From Kofleriaceae bacterium (lineage in GTDB: Bacteria > Myxococcota_A > Polyangia > Haliangiales > Haliangiaceae): a DNA stretch of 64,000 bases. The stretch covers positions 1 to 64,000 of the forward strand of contig CBDCWZ010000010.1 in the NCBI GenBank assembly GCA_965223575.1, read 5' to 3'. Below, in pieces: positions 1 to 6,098 of the stretch (the first letter of the stretch is position 1; every line of letters begins with the position of its first letter). Below the pieces are notes generated by a model. That model searched no databases and had not been told where the DNA came from. It saw nothing but the letters and a program-made list of their open reading frames with translations. A program made the translations under genes and the position numbers.

Positions 1-37
1 AGTAGGCCTACTTCATGCATCGCGTACAGCGTCTTAC

Positions 38-71
38 GGGATTCGAACCCACGACCTCCAGCTTGGGAAGC
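38..71 (-). repeat. Partial tRNA-Gly copy (anticodon stem to T arm); direct repeat of 11503-11536
   Basis: The 34 nt gggattcgaacccacgacctccagcttgggaagc is identical at both sites. The acceptor/CCA part to the left has diverged. Confidence 0.7.
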
Positions 72-147
72 AGCAACTGCATAGTTATAGTTGTCGAGAA
101 CAACTGCGATTTTTAACTATTACAAAATGATAGCTGTGACCTGCCGT

Positions 148-186
148 GGCAGCAAAGGTCCCAAAGTGACGGACAAAGGGGGTGAA
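148..186 (+). repeat. 39-bp repeat, partner in inverse orientation at 26802-26840
   Basis: ggcagcaaaggtcccaaagtgacggacaaagggggtgaa versus the reverse complement of 26802-26840 (gacagcaatggtccaaaagtgacggaaaaagggggtgaa), about 85% identity. Confidence 0.5.
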
Positions 187-327
187 ATAGGGGGTGAAAT
201 TTCTGTAGCGCAACGATACGACCAAATTCTTGCGCAATTGGCCCTCAGGAATCAAACTGAACGGGCGTTATGAACTGGGAACAAGTTAGACAAGAATAAT
301 CCAAACCAGTGGCTTCTGATTGAAGCA

Positions 328-531
328 GTGGCGGCGCATACAGACAATGGTACGCGCGTTGTTGAAGAGATTGTCGTCATCTCCTCATTTGATGACTCCA
401 AACAAGCGCTACAAGCGTACCTTGCTAGTCATAAACAAAATCCAACGCAAGAGCTTTATGTTGCTCACACGAGCAGAGAAGCTCTGGATATCAAAGAGCG
501 TAAGTGGGCTGGTGTCCGAACAGCCGCATGA
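328..531 (+). CDS. Small hypothetical protein (67 aa) preceding the aspartic protease
   Basis: ORF track. Its stop overlaps the ATG of the next ORF (ATGA at 528-531). Confidence 0.4.
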   Translation: MAAHTDNGTRVVEEIVVISSFDDSKQALQAYLASHKQNPTQELYVAHTSREALDIKERKWAGVRTAA

Positions 532-918
532 CACCAATAAAGCTCACTCTCCAAGGTGGTTTACCCTTCGTCTCTGCAACAATTGTCCATCGTGGGCAAC
601 AGATTCACGTTAAAAACGTTCTGGTCGACACCGGCTCTGGTGGAACGGTCTTTGCTGCTGATGACCTAGTAGAAATTGGCATTCTTCCTGAGCCCCGCGG
701 ATGAATTGCACCGTCTTTCCGGGATTGGTGGGACCGAGTACGTTTACAGCAAGACCATCGAAAACCTTGCCGTGGGTAGACTGTCCGTTGACAAATTTTG
801 CATCGAGATTGGAGCACTCGACTACGGGTTCGCTATTCAAGGCATTCTTGGCGTTGACTATCTGAGAGCTGTTGACGCTGTCATTGACCTAGAGCAGTTA
901 ACCCTGCATGCCAACTAG
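528..918 (+). pseudogene. Retropepsin-like (clan AA) aspartic protease, frameshifted near 695
   Basis: VLVDTGSGG active-site motif in frame 1 (528-704). The C-terminal half (GILGVDYL...VIDLEQLTL) is in a second frame (676-918). The frame changes at the ccccgcgg run. Confidence 0.6.
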
Positions 919-1774
919 GGGGTGTCCTCATTAGATCCAGAGGATGGCGCAGGCCAGGAGAAGGAAACCGAGGTAACTTGTTGCCGTTTTTTCATAGCGT
1001 GTTGCGATCCGTCGCCAGCGCTTGATGGTGTGAAAGAAGCATTCCACAAGATAACGCTGCTTGTACATCTCCTTGTCATGCCGGCGTTTCCTCTTCCTTG
1101 ATTTGCCTGATGGAATTACCGGTTTCAGGCCGCGCTCTTTGAGTTCACTAATGATTCGGTCCGAATCGTACGCTCCATCTGCGAGAACAGCTTCACCGTG
1201 AACATAGTCGATCAGTTCCTCGGCCACGGTGGAATCGTGCTGCTGTCCTGGGGTAACAAGGATATGGATAGGTCGTGCTTTCATGTCGACCGCAACATGG
1301 ATCTTCGTGGAGAAACCGCCCCTTGAGCGACCTATTTCGTTTTTTTTGGACCGCCCTTTCCACCCGAAGCATCCTGATGAGTGCGAACAACGGAACCATC
1401 TAGGATCGCACCGATCTCATCATCGTTCAGGCACAAGGCGCGAAATATGTCACGCCAACGGTCCTTGTTCGCCCAGCGCCAGAATCGATTGTACACAGTC
1501 TTCCACGGACCAAATCGCTCAGGAAGATCTCTCCACGGTGCACCCGTTTTTCCAATCCAGTGCACTGCGTTGATAAAACTTCGGTCTCCCCTTTTCGACG
1601 TTTGACCGTGTGGGGGCGGAAGGAGTCCCTCTATCTTGTTCCACTGTTCATCACTGAGTTCGTGGCGCCTCATATAGTGATGTTGATCAATGATCAGTTC
1701 CCGGCGCCAGTTTTTGAACCAACGGCCGGCTAACCGATCGAAATGATCCAGTTTCTAATAGGGACATCCCCTAG
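915..1774 (-). mobile_element. IS5-family (IS427-like) insertion sequence, about 860 bp
   Basis: Imperfect terminal inverted repeats CTAGGGGGTGTCCTCATTAGA (915-) and the reverse complement of 1774- (CTAGGGGATGTCCCTATTAGA). CTAG is present at both ends. Two-ORF transposase inside. Confidence 0.8.
931..1673 (-). CDS. IS5-family DDE transposase, orfA (1332-1673) and orfB (931-about 1340) joined by a -1 frameshift
   Basis: orfA has the DUF4096-type N terminus (GAPWRDLPERFGPWKTVYNRFWRW). orfB has the DDE C terminus (YDSDRI...YKQRYLVECFF..KRWRRIATRYEK). A slippery A8 run (T8 on the + strand, 1340-1347) lies in the overlap. Confidence 0.8.
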
Positions 1775-2454
1775 TACTTGTCTACCAGTCTACAAAGCGC
1801 GCATAGCCATACCAACGGACCAAAACGCATGATATCTGACCAGCTAGGTATAATTCGCAGGAAGTATTTTCCCACGAAAGTGTTGCAGTCCATCAGCCGA
1901 AATCGGGTAAGAGAAAATCCGGGCCAATTAGAAAACTATGTTCGGGCCCGTCACTTACTGTTATCAGGTGATCCGAACATCACGAGTATCGCCCAAGCTC
2001 AATGTGCAAAATGGTTAAAATGGATTCAATATTGCGATGGGAAAGGACTGATCAGCGAGGCAGCAGTCCCCCGGGGACGTTCTCAGCATCTGCCGACAGT
2101 CTGTCTACCTCGCTCTGAAGCAGTGAGCAGAAGTTTCAGTCTGGCGCGGTTAAAAGCCGTTCCCGCGCCCAGGTTGGACGCCGGTGTTGTACCGGTCATC
2201 CGAGCCCCGTCCCCATTCCTGCGTCACGACTCCCAGAAGCGGAGGGCGATGGGGTAATCGACGGGTCGCCGCCTGTGAAGCGAACGCTGGCGCTGACAAC
2301 GGGGGCGCGGACTGGGACGAGGACGGGAACAACACTGACCACACGTACTACGACCCCAATGTACTTTGAGTTCGTGCAGCGTGGCGGCGACGCGCATTGG
2401 GTCTGACTATTTGCCGCGCACCAACAGTATTTGCTGTCGTCAAGAACTATTCTT

Positions 2455-2463
2455 TGCTATAAT
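2455..2463 (+). promoter_or_regulatory. Candidate extended -10 promoter (TGcTATAAT)
   Basis: tgctataat at 2455-2463 with no good -35. It lies upstream of a 59-codon ORF (2487-2666) and the hairpin terminator at 2692. Confidence 0.25.
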
Positions 2464-2691
2464 CGTTTTCACGAACGAGACGAACAATGACTCGCATGTT
2501 TGACATAGCCGCGACACAACCAGCGCCGAGAAAACATCTCGAGCGGCAGGGTACGTGCGCGCGCTTTAGCGATTCCGGGTTATCAGCCAGGCCAGTAGAA
2601 AGTTCGCGTATTTATCTCGCCGGCAACCTGATCTGGAATCCAGAAAGTGGGGCGGCTATGTCATGAAGCTAGTCAAATAGCACCGAGACAC

Positions 2692-2724
2692 AGCCGTCCC
2701 AGGAAAACCTCGGACGGCTTTTTC
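2692..2724 (+). terminator. Rho-independent terminator-like hairpin
   Basis: Stem agccgtcc/ggacggct (8 bp, 12-nt loop) followed by ttttt; 9 nt upstream of the first tRNA. Confidence 0.45.
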
Positions 2725-2732
2725 GTGTTTCG

Positions 2733-2874
2733 GGGGGCACTCCACGGGTTGGTTGCCGCGGCTGTAAACCGCTTGCACGAGGGTTAACTAGGGTCCTTCG
2801 GACCCGTTGCCAGGGCCGAAAAATTCCATTGCATGGAATTTGTTCACCAACCTGGTCGAGTCCTTCTGCCCCCA
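2733..2874 (+). tRNA. tRNA-Tyr(GUA)-like, split in the T-loop by a 71-nt element (2786-2856)
   Basis: Acceptor gggggca/tgccccc. Anticodon loop ctGTAaa. T arm gaggg-TT[insert]CGAGT-ccttc. D arm poorly paired, short variable loop, no CCA. Confidence 0.55.
2786..2856 (+). repeat. T-loop element copy 1 (71 nt, subfamily B)
   Basis: Starts AACTAGG. P1 gggtcc/ggaccc, P2 ccagg/cctgg, P3 gaaaaattcca/tggaatttgttc. Flanks gagggTT|CGAGTcc. Confidence 0.85.
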
Positions 2875-2983
2875 CGACGGGAGACGTGCGCCCAGAAAAT
2901 GGCGCACACGAAAAACAATGACAGCGAAGCGAAAGGAAAAACGATGACGATGACAAAACGAAAACGGATGTGCGGACAACTTC

Positions 2984-3127
2984 TGCCTCCGTGACGCAAC
3001 GGTAGCGTAACCGACTTTTAATCGGAAAGTTGGGGGTTAACTAGGATGCTTCGCATCCGTTGACGCCACGGTATAAATCCAGCGAACTGGATTTATACCG
3101 TAAGGCGGACGATTCCCTCCGGGGCAC
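2984..3127 (+). tRNA. tRNA-Lys(UUU), split in the T-loop by a 71-nt element (3039-3109)
   Basis: D arm acgc/gcgt. Anticodon loop ctTTTaa. T arm ggggg-TT[insert]CGATT-ccctc. Acceptor halves (tgcctcc / cggggca) pair imperfectly. Confidence 0.55.
3039..3109 (+). repeat. T-loop element copy 2 (71 nt, subfamily A)
   Basis: AACTAGG start. P1 ggatgc/gcatcc, P2 cgcc/ggcg, P3 ggtataaatccag/ctggatttatacc. Flanks gggggTT|CGATTcc. Confidence 0.85.
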
Positions 3128-3128
3128 G

Positions 3129-3221
3129 ACCGCGTTGCTGAAGATTTTGCAGAGCGTAGTGGACGCAGTCCACGGAGCTGCAAAAGTTCAGGCGCGTTAA
3201 CGGTCCTGTAGGGACCCAGTT
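3129..3221 (-). repeat. T-loop element copy 3 (93 nt, long subfamily C, reverse)
   Basis: The reverse complement starts AACTGGGTCC and ends ...CAGCAACGCGGT. Flanks on the element strand are gaTT|CGtg. Lies between tRNA-Lys(UUU) and tRNA-Gln(CUG). Confidence 0.75.
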
Positions 3222-3227
3222 AATCAT

Positions 3228-3298
3228 TCGGAGATCGTCTAACGGTAGGACGACTGGCTCTGGACCAGTAAATCGGGGTTCGAATCCCTGTCTCCGAC
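3228..3298 (+). tRNA. tRNA-Gln(CUG)
   Basis: Acceptor tcggaga/tctccga. D arm gtct/ggac. Anticodon loop ctCTGga. T arm cgggg-ttcgaat-ccctg. The 3' end is abutted by reverse element copy 4. Confidence 0.8.
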
Positions 3299-3367
3299 CG
3301 CGTTGCTGAACAAATTCAACGAAGTGGAATTTTTCAGCCGCGATAACGGGTCCGAAGGACCCTAGTT
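3297..3367 (-). repeat. T-loop element copy 4 (71 nt, subfamily B, reverse)
   Basis: The reverse complement reads AACTAGGGTCCTTCGGACCCGTT...GCAACGCGGT. P2 cgcg/cgcg. Element-strand flanks ctggTT|CGgaga. Excising it restores tctccgaACCA. Confidence 0.85.
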
Positions 3368-3502
3368 AACCAGAACGAAACTGCGGTGTTCGCGACACGA
3401 GTGCCTTGAGTGGCCAGGGTGAACGACATCATCGGTGGATTCGCGATCTTTGACAACTGAATAGCGACGACGACAACGCGGGGCGTTTCCCGACGCCCCA
3501 TT

Positions 3503-3578
3503 TCCCACTTTGGCGTAGGTGGTCCGCGCGCCGGTCTGAAGAGCCGGAGGACCTGGTTCGATTCCAGGAGGGTGGGAC
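3503..3578 (+). tRNA. tRNA-Phe(GAA)-like, aberrant acceptor/T junction
   Basis: Anticodon arm ccggt-ctGAAga-gccgg. T arm cctgg-ttcgatt-ccagg. tcccact/ggtggga pair only if 2 extra nt follow the T stem. Confidence 0.45.
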
Positions 3579-3584
3579 TTTTGC

Positions 3585-3737
3585 GGGTTCGTGGTGAAAC
3601 AGGATCATACCGGGTTCTTACCCCGTGAGTGAACTGCGCGCGGCCGAAGGCCGTGCTCGTTACCGCGGTTGAAAAATTCCAGTTTGTACTGGAATTTGTT
3701 CAACAACGCGGTGAGCGTGCAAATCGTTCCGGACCCA
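3585..3737 (+). tRNA. tRNA-Lys(CUU), split between the variable loop and the T stem by an 81-nt element (3632-3712)
   Basis: Acceptor gggttcg/cggaccc. D arm gtga/tcat. Anticodon loop ttCTTac. T arm gagcg-tgcaaat-cgttc. Confidence 0.6.
3632..3712 (+). repeat. T-loop element copy 5 (81 nt, hybrid: GC-rich P1 plus B-type P3)
   Basis: AACTGCGCGC start. P1 gcgcggcc/ggccgtgc, P2 cgcg/cgcg, P3 gaaaaattccag/ctggaatttgttc. Atypical flanks gagTG|GAgcg. Confidence 0.75.
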
Positions 3738-3749
3738 CTACTCGCGTTT

Positions 3750-3893
3750 GCCCCTGGAAGCATCTGGGCGAGGCTAGCCGGCTGTCTACCGGCCGAGGAG
3801 GGTTAACTAGGATGCTCCGCATCCGTTGACGCCACTGTACAAATCCAGCGAACTGGATTTGTACAGTAAGGCGGACGATTCCCTTCAGGGGCG
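3750..3893 (+). tRNA. tRNA-Asp(GUC), split in the T-loop by a 71-nt element (3805-3875)
   Basis: Acceptor gcccctg/caggggc (perfect). Anticodon arm gccgg-ctGTCta-ccggc. T arm gaggg-TT[insert]CGATT-ccctt. Confidence 0.65.
3805..3875 (+). repeat. T-loop element copy 6 (71 nt, subfamily A)
   Basis: AACTAGG. P1 ggatgc/gcatcc, P2 cgcc/ggcg, P3 tgtacaaatccag/ctggatttgtaca. Flanks gagggTT|CGATTcc. Confidence 0.85.
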
Positions 3894-3933
3894 CTTTGGA
3901 AGCGCAAGCCAACTGGCGATGGCACCCGATTCG

Positions 3934-4027
3934 ACCGGGTTGCTAAACTTTTGCGAAGCAGAGCGGATGTTCGTCCGCGGAGCTGCAACAAGTTTAGACG
4001 CGGTGACGGGTCCGAAGGACCCTAGTC
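3934..4027 (-). repeat. T-loop element copy 7 (94 nt, subfamily C, reverse) in an anticodon loop
   Basis: The reverse complement starts GACTAGGGTCCTTCGGACCCGTCACCGCG and ends ...CAACCCGGT. Element-strand flanks cccgagTT|CGAAtcggg. Confidence 0.75.
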
Positions 4028-4042
4028 AACTCGGGGCAGGTT

Positions 4043-4117
4043 AACTGCGCGCGCCTTCGGCGTGCTCGTTAACGCCGCTGTACAACTCCAGTTGCTGGAT
4101 TTGTACAGCAAGGCGGA
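4043..4117 (+). repeat. T-loop element copy 8 (75 nt, hybrid: GC-rich P1 plus A-type P3)
   Basis: AACTGCGCGC. P1 gcgcgcc/ggcgtgc, P2 cgcc/ggcg, P3 ctgtacaactccag/ctggatttgtacag. Flanks gcaggTT|CAACTcc. Confidence 0.8.
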
Positions 4118-4140
4118 CAACTCCTGTCGCTTCCGCCGAT

Positions 4141-4223
4141 GGAAGGTAATCAGGCTGCGGAGCCTGGCCCGGCTGCTACCCGGTGCGCGCCAACAGCGTC
4201 TGGCTCGACTCCAGTGCCTTCCG
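4141..4223 (+). tRNA. tRNA-Ser(GCU), class II
   Basis: Acceptor ggaaggt/gccttcc. Anticodon loop ctGCTac. Long variable arm. G73. T-loop ctcgact. Confidence 0.7.
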
Positions 4224-4227
4224 CAAT

Positions 4228-4302
4228 GGCCCGGTCGTCTAATGGTCAGGACACGAGGCTTTCAATCTCGGAATCGGAGTTCGATTCTCCGTCGGGTCAC
4301 CA
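4228..4302 (+). tRNA. tRNA-Glu(UUC)
   Basis: Acceptor ggcccgg/tcgggtc. D arm gtct/ggac. Loop ctTTCaa. T arm cggag-ttcgatt-ctccg. Encoded CCA. Confidence 0.85.
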
Positions 4303-4303
4303 C

Positions 4304-4375
4304 GGGCTGATAGTGATAGTGGGAACACGCTGCTTTCGCACGGCAGAAAGCCGGGTTCGAATCCCGGTCGGTCCA
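4304..4375 (+). tRNA. tRNA-Ala(CGC)
   Basis: Acceptor gggctga/tcggtcc with G3:U70. Loop ttCGCac. T arm ccggg-ttcgaat-cccgg. Begins 1 nt after the preceding tRNA. Confidence 0.8.
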
Positions 4376-4391
4376 CTTTAGCTCCTTCAAT

Positions 4392-4467
4392 GGGCACGCA
4401 TGTACCAAGGGGGCGAGCTGGCCTTGCAAGCCGGCTGTGGTCGGTTCGATTCCGACCGTGTCCACCA
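4392..4467 (+). tRNA. tRNA-Ala(UGC), D arm poorly paired
   Basis: Acceptor gggcacg/cgtgtcc with G3:U70. Anticodon arm ctggc-ctTGCaa-gccgg. T arm gtcgg-ttcgatt-ccgac. CCA. Confidence 0.6.
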
Positions 4468-4474
4468 TCCAATA

Positions 4475-4620
4475 CCAGGTGTAAGTCAGCGGCAGACGGC
4501 ATCGTTTGGGACGATGCAGACGGAGGTTAACTAGGATGCTCCGCATCCGTTGACGCCACTGTACAAATCCAGCGAACTGGATTTGTACAGTAAGGCGGAC
4601 GATTCCTCCAGGGGGCACCA
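4475..4620 (+). tRNA. tRNA-Pro(UGG), split in the T-loop by a 71-nt element (4529-4599); acceptor halves non-complementary
   Basis: Anticodon arm catcg-ttTGGga-cgatg. T arm ggagg-TT[insert]CGATT-cctcc (perfect). 5' ccaggtg versus 3' agggggc do not pair. CCA present. Confidence 0.5.
4529..4599 (+). repeat. T-loop element copy 9 (71 nt, subfamily A)
   Basis: Nearly identical to copy 6. Flanks ggaggTT|CGATTcc. Confidence 0.85.
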
Positions 4621-4634
4621 CACGCATCGATCTT

Positions 4635-4708
4635 CCGCCGGTAGTTCAACGGGAGAACTGTCGCCTGATAAGCGGCCAATGGTGGTTCGATTCCACCCTG
4701 GCGGACCA
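4635..4708 (+). tRNA. tRNA-Ile(GAU)
   Basis: Acceptor ccgccgg/ctggcgg. D arm gttc/gaac. Loop ctGATaa. T arm ggtgg-ttcgatt-ccacc. CCA. Confidence 0.85.
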
Positions 4709-4709
4709 T

Positions 4710-4784
4710 GGTGATCGTAGCTCAAAGGTAGAGCACTCGGCTGTGACCCGAGCGGTGGGAGTTCGATTCTCCTCGATCACCCCA
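4710..4784 (+). tRNA. tRNA-His(GUG) with G-1
   Basis: G-1 opposite C73. Acceptor gtgatcg/cgatcac. D arm gctc/gagc. Loop ctGTGac. CCA. Confidence 0.85.
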
Positions 4785-4796
4785 ACTTCCTTTTCA

Positions 4797-4870
4797 GCGG
4801 GCTTGGCGTAACAGCAGCGTATCAGGCTTCCAACCTGAGGGTACGGGTGCAATTCCCGTAGCCCGCACCA
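4797..4870 (+). tRNA. tRNA-Gly(UCC)
   Basis: Acceptor gcgggct/agcccgc. Anticodon arm tcagg-ctTCCaa-cctga. T arm acggg-tgcaatt-cccgt (unusual T-loop). CCA. Confidence 0.75.
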
Positions 4871-4872
4871 AC

Positions 4873-4943
4873 GCCTTCGTAGCACAGGGGCAGTGCACTG
4901 GTTTCGTACTCCAGGGACGTGGGTTCGATTCCCGCCGAAGGCT
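4873..4943 (+). tRNA. tRNA-Thr(CGU)
   Basis: Acceptor gccttcg/cgaaggc. D arm gcac/gtgc. Loop ttCGTac. T arm gtggg-ttcgatt-cccgc. Confidence 0.75.
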
Positions 4944-4947
4944 CCGC

Positions 4948-5018
4948 TTCGGTGTCGTCCAACGGCAGGACAGCGGTCTTTGAAGCCGACGACCGGGGTT
5001 CGAATCCCTGCACCGGAA
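4948..5018 (+). tRNA. tRNA-Gln(UUG)
   Basis: Acceptor ttcggtg/caccgga. D arm gtcc/ggac. Loop ctTTGaa. T arm cgggg-ttcgaat-ccctg. Confidence 0.75.
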
Positions 5019-5022
5019 CTGC

Positions 5023-5096
5023 GCCTCTCGTAGCCATCTGGGAAGGCACCTGCCTTGTAAGCAGGCTAGGCGGTTCGATTCCGACGAGGGGCTCCA
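5023..5096 (+). tRNA. tRNA-Thr(UGU)
   Basis: Acceptor gcctctc/gaggggc. Anticodon arm cctgc-ctTGTaa-gcagg. T arm ggcgg-ttcgatt-ccgac (1 mismatch). CCA. Confidence 0.65.
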
Positions 5097-5101
5097 TCTA
5101 T

Positions 5102-5173
5102 TCCTCCGTGGCTTAACGGTAGAGCACCCGGCTGTTAACCGGGGATGTGCAGGTTCGACTCCTGCCGGGGAGC
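5102..5173 (+). tRNA. tRNA-Asn(GUU)
   Basis: D arm gctt/gagc. Anticodon arm cccgg-ctGTTaa-ccggg. T arm gcagg-ttcgact-cctgc. One C:A mismatch in the acceptor. Confidence 0.7.
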
Positions 5174-5176
5174 TAT

Positions 5177-5329
5177 GTCGCTATCGTCCAGTTGGCGAGG
5201 ACGCCGGTCTCTCAAGCCGGAAACGGCGGGTTAACTAGGATGCTTCGCATCCGTTGACGCCGCTGAACAAATCCAGCGAACTGGATTTGTTCAGCAAGGC
5301 GGGCAAGTCCCCCTCCCCTAGCGACGCCA
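5177..5329 (+). tRNA. tRNA-Glu(CUC), split in the T-loop by a 71-nt element (5233-5303)
   Basis: Acceptor gtcgcta/tagcgac (perfect). D arm gtcc/ggac. Loop ctCTCaa. TT[insert]CAAGT. The 3' T-stem side carries 5 extra nt. CCA. Confidence 0.6.
5233..5303 (+). repeat. T-loop element copy 10 (71 nt, subfamily A)
   Basis: AACTAGG. P1 ggatgc/gcatcc, P2 cgcc/ggcg, P3 ctgaacaaatccag/ctggatttgttcag. Flanks gcgggTT|CAAGTcc. Confidence 0.85.
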
Positions 5330-5340
5330 TGCGATCGTCG

Positions 5341-5416
5341 ACCGCGTTGCTGAACAAATTCAACGAAGTGGAATTTTTCAGCCGCGGTAACGAGCACGCC
5401 GAAGGCGCGCGCAGTT
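5341..5416 (-). repeat. T-loop element copy 11 (76 nt, hybrid, reverse)
   Basis: The reverse complement starts AACTGCGCGCGCCTTCGGCGTGCTCGTTACCGCGG and carries a B-type P3. Element-strand flanks ttgTT|CGacga. Confidence 0.8.
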
Positions 5417-5443
5417 AACAAGAGCTATTGAGGCCAAGGGGTT

Positions 5444-5514
5444 GACTAGGGTCCTTCGGACCCGTCACCGCGGCTGTAATCCTCCAGTAAACTGGATGAT
5501 TACAGCAACGCGGT
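5444..5514 (+). repeat. T-loop element copy 12 (71 nt, B-like variant)
   Basis: GACTAGG start. P1 gggtcc/ggaccc, P2 cgcg/cgcg, P3 ctgtaatcctccag/ctggatgattacag. Flanks aggggTT|CGATTcc. Confidence 0.8.
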
Positions 5515-5535
5515 CGATTCCCACCGTCGGCTCCA
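5515..5535 (+). tRNA. Orphan tRNA 3' fragment (half T-loop, T stem, acceptor, CCA)
   Basis: cgatt-cccac-cgtcggc-t-cca follows copy 12. Only about 25 nt lie upstream between copies 11 and 12, so the 5' two-thirds of the gene are missing. Confidence 0.4.
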
Positions 5536-5543
5536 ATCACTAT

Positions 5544-5615
5544 GCCTCCACCCAAGGATGGGACGCGGCGCTACGAACGCTGTCGATGAAGGTTCGAGTC
5601 CTTCTGGAGGTGCCA
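5544..5615 (+). tRNA. tRNA-Arg(ACG)-like with a compact D arm
   Basis: Acceptor gcctcca/tggaggt. ccca-agga-tggg hairpin directly after the acceptor. Anticodon arm cggcg-ctACGaa-cgctg. T arm gaagg-ttcgagt-ccttc. CCA. Confidence 0.55.
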
Positions 5616-5617
5616 AT

Positions 5618-5687
5618 ACCACCGCACGTGGACTCGTGGCCTGGGGTTCCGAACCTTGGTGAAGCAGTTCGATTCTGCTCGGTGGAC
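5618..5687 (+). tRNA. tRNA-Arg(CCG)-like with a compact D arm
   Basis: Acceptor accaccg/cggtgga (6 of 7 paired). cacg-tggact-cgtg hairpin. Loop ttCCGaa. T arm agcag-ttcgatt-ctgct. Confidence 0.5.
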
Positions 5688-5785
5688 CGGGTTGCTGTAG
5701 TTATGCAAAGCGGAGCGGACGGAAGGTCCGCGAAGTTGCAGAACTACAGGCGCGATAACGGGTCGAGCGTAGCGAAACCCTAGTT
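5686..5785 (-). repeat. T-loop element copy 13 (100 nt, subfamily C, reverse)
   Basis: The reverse complement starts AACTAGGGTTTCGC and ends ...CAGCAACCCGGT. Element-strand flanks aagTT|CCaccg. Abuts the tRNA-Arg(CCG)-like 3' end. Confidence 0.7.
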
Positions 5786-5793
5786 AACTTCAT

Positions 5794-5860
5794 GGGCGAC
5801 GATCTGGGATCAGCTTGGGCTCCAAATCCGAGCAGCGGGGTTCAATTCCTCGGTCGCCTG
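5794..5860 (+). tRNA. tRNA-Trp(CCA)-like with a compact D arm
   Basis: Acceptor gggcgac/gtcgcct. gatc-tgg-gatc hairpin. Anticodon arm ttggg-ctCCAaa-tccga. T arm cgggg-ttcaatt-cctcg. 67 nt. Confidence 0.5.
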
Positions 5861-5870
5861 CAACTCTTGC

Positions 5871-5943
5871 AGTCGCGTAGCCCAACGGAAGAGGCGGCAG
5901 GCTTAGAACCTGTGTGTTGGGGGTTCGAATCCTCCCGCGACTA
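5871..5943 (+). tRNA. tRNA with Leu anticodon UAG but a class-I (5-nt) variable loop
   Basis: Acceptor agtcgcg/cgcgact. Leu-type D arm gcc-caacggaaga-ggc. Anticodon arm gcagg-ctTAGaa-cctgt. T arm ggggg-ttcgaat-cctcc. A73. Confidence 0.6.
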
Positions 5944-5946
5944 CTG

Positions 5947-6091
5947 CGGTACGTAGCCCAATCGGCAGAGGCATCCAGTTTAAGCCCGGACCAGTGAGGG
6001 TTAACTAGGATGCTTCGCATCCGTTGACGCCACTGTACAAATCCAGCGAACTGGATTTGTACAGTAAGGCGGACGACTCCCTCCGTACCGA
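5947..6091 (+). tRNA. tRNA with Leu anticodon UAA, class-I variable loop, split in the T-loop (6003-6073)
   Basis: Acceptor cggtacg/cgtaccg (perfect). D arm gcc-caatcggcaga-ggc. Loop ttTAAgc (1 stem mismatch). T arm gaggg-TT[insert]CGACT-ccctc. A73. Confidence 0.55.
6003..6073 (+). repeat. T-loop element copy 14 (71 nt, subfamily A)
   Basis: Same P1, P2 and P3 as copy 6. Flanks gagggTT|CGACTcc. Confidence 0.85.
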
Positions 6092-6098
6092 CCTTCGA

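Larger units (their letters stand above)
3898..4135 (+). tRNA. tRNA-like gene (anticodon loop TTCGAAC, CGA) carrying two element copies
   Basis: Acceptor ggaagcg/cgcttcc (perfect). Leu/Ser-type D arm. Anticodon stem cccga/tcggg interrupted by reverse copy 7. T arm gcagg-TT[copy 8]CAACT-cctgt. No variable loop remains. Confidence 0.5.
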
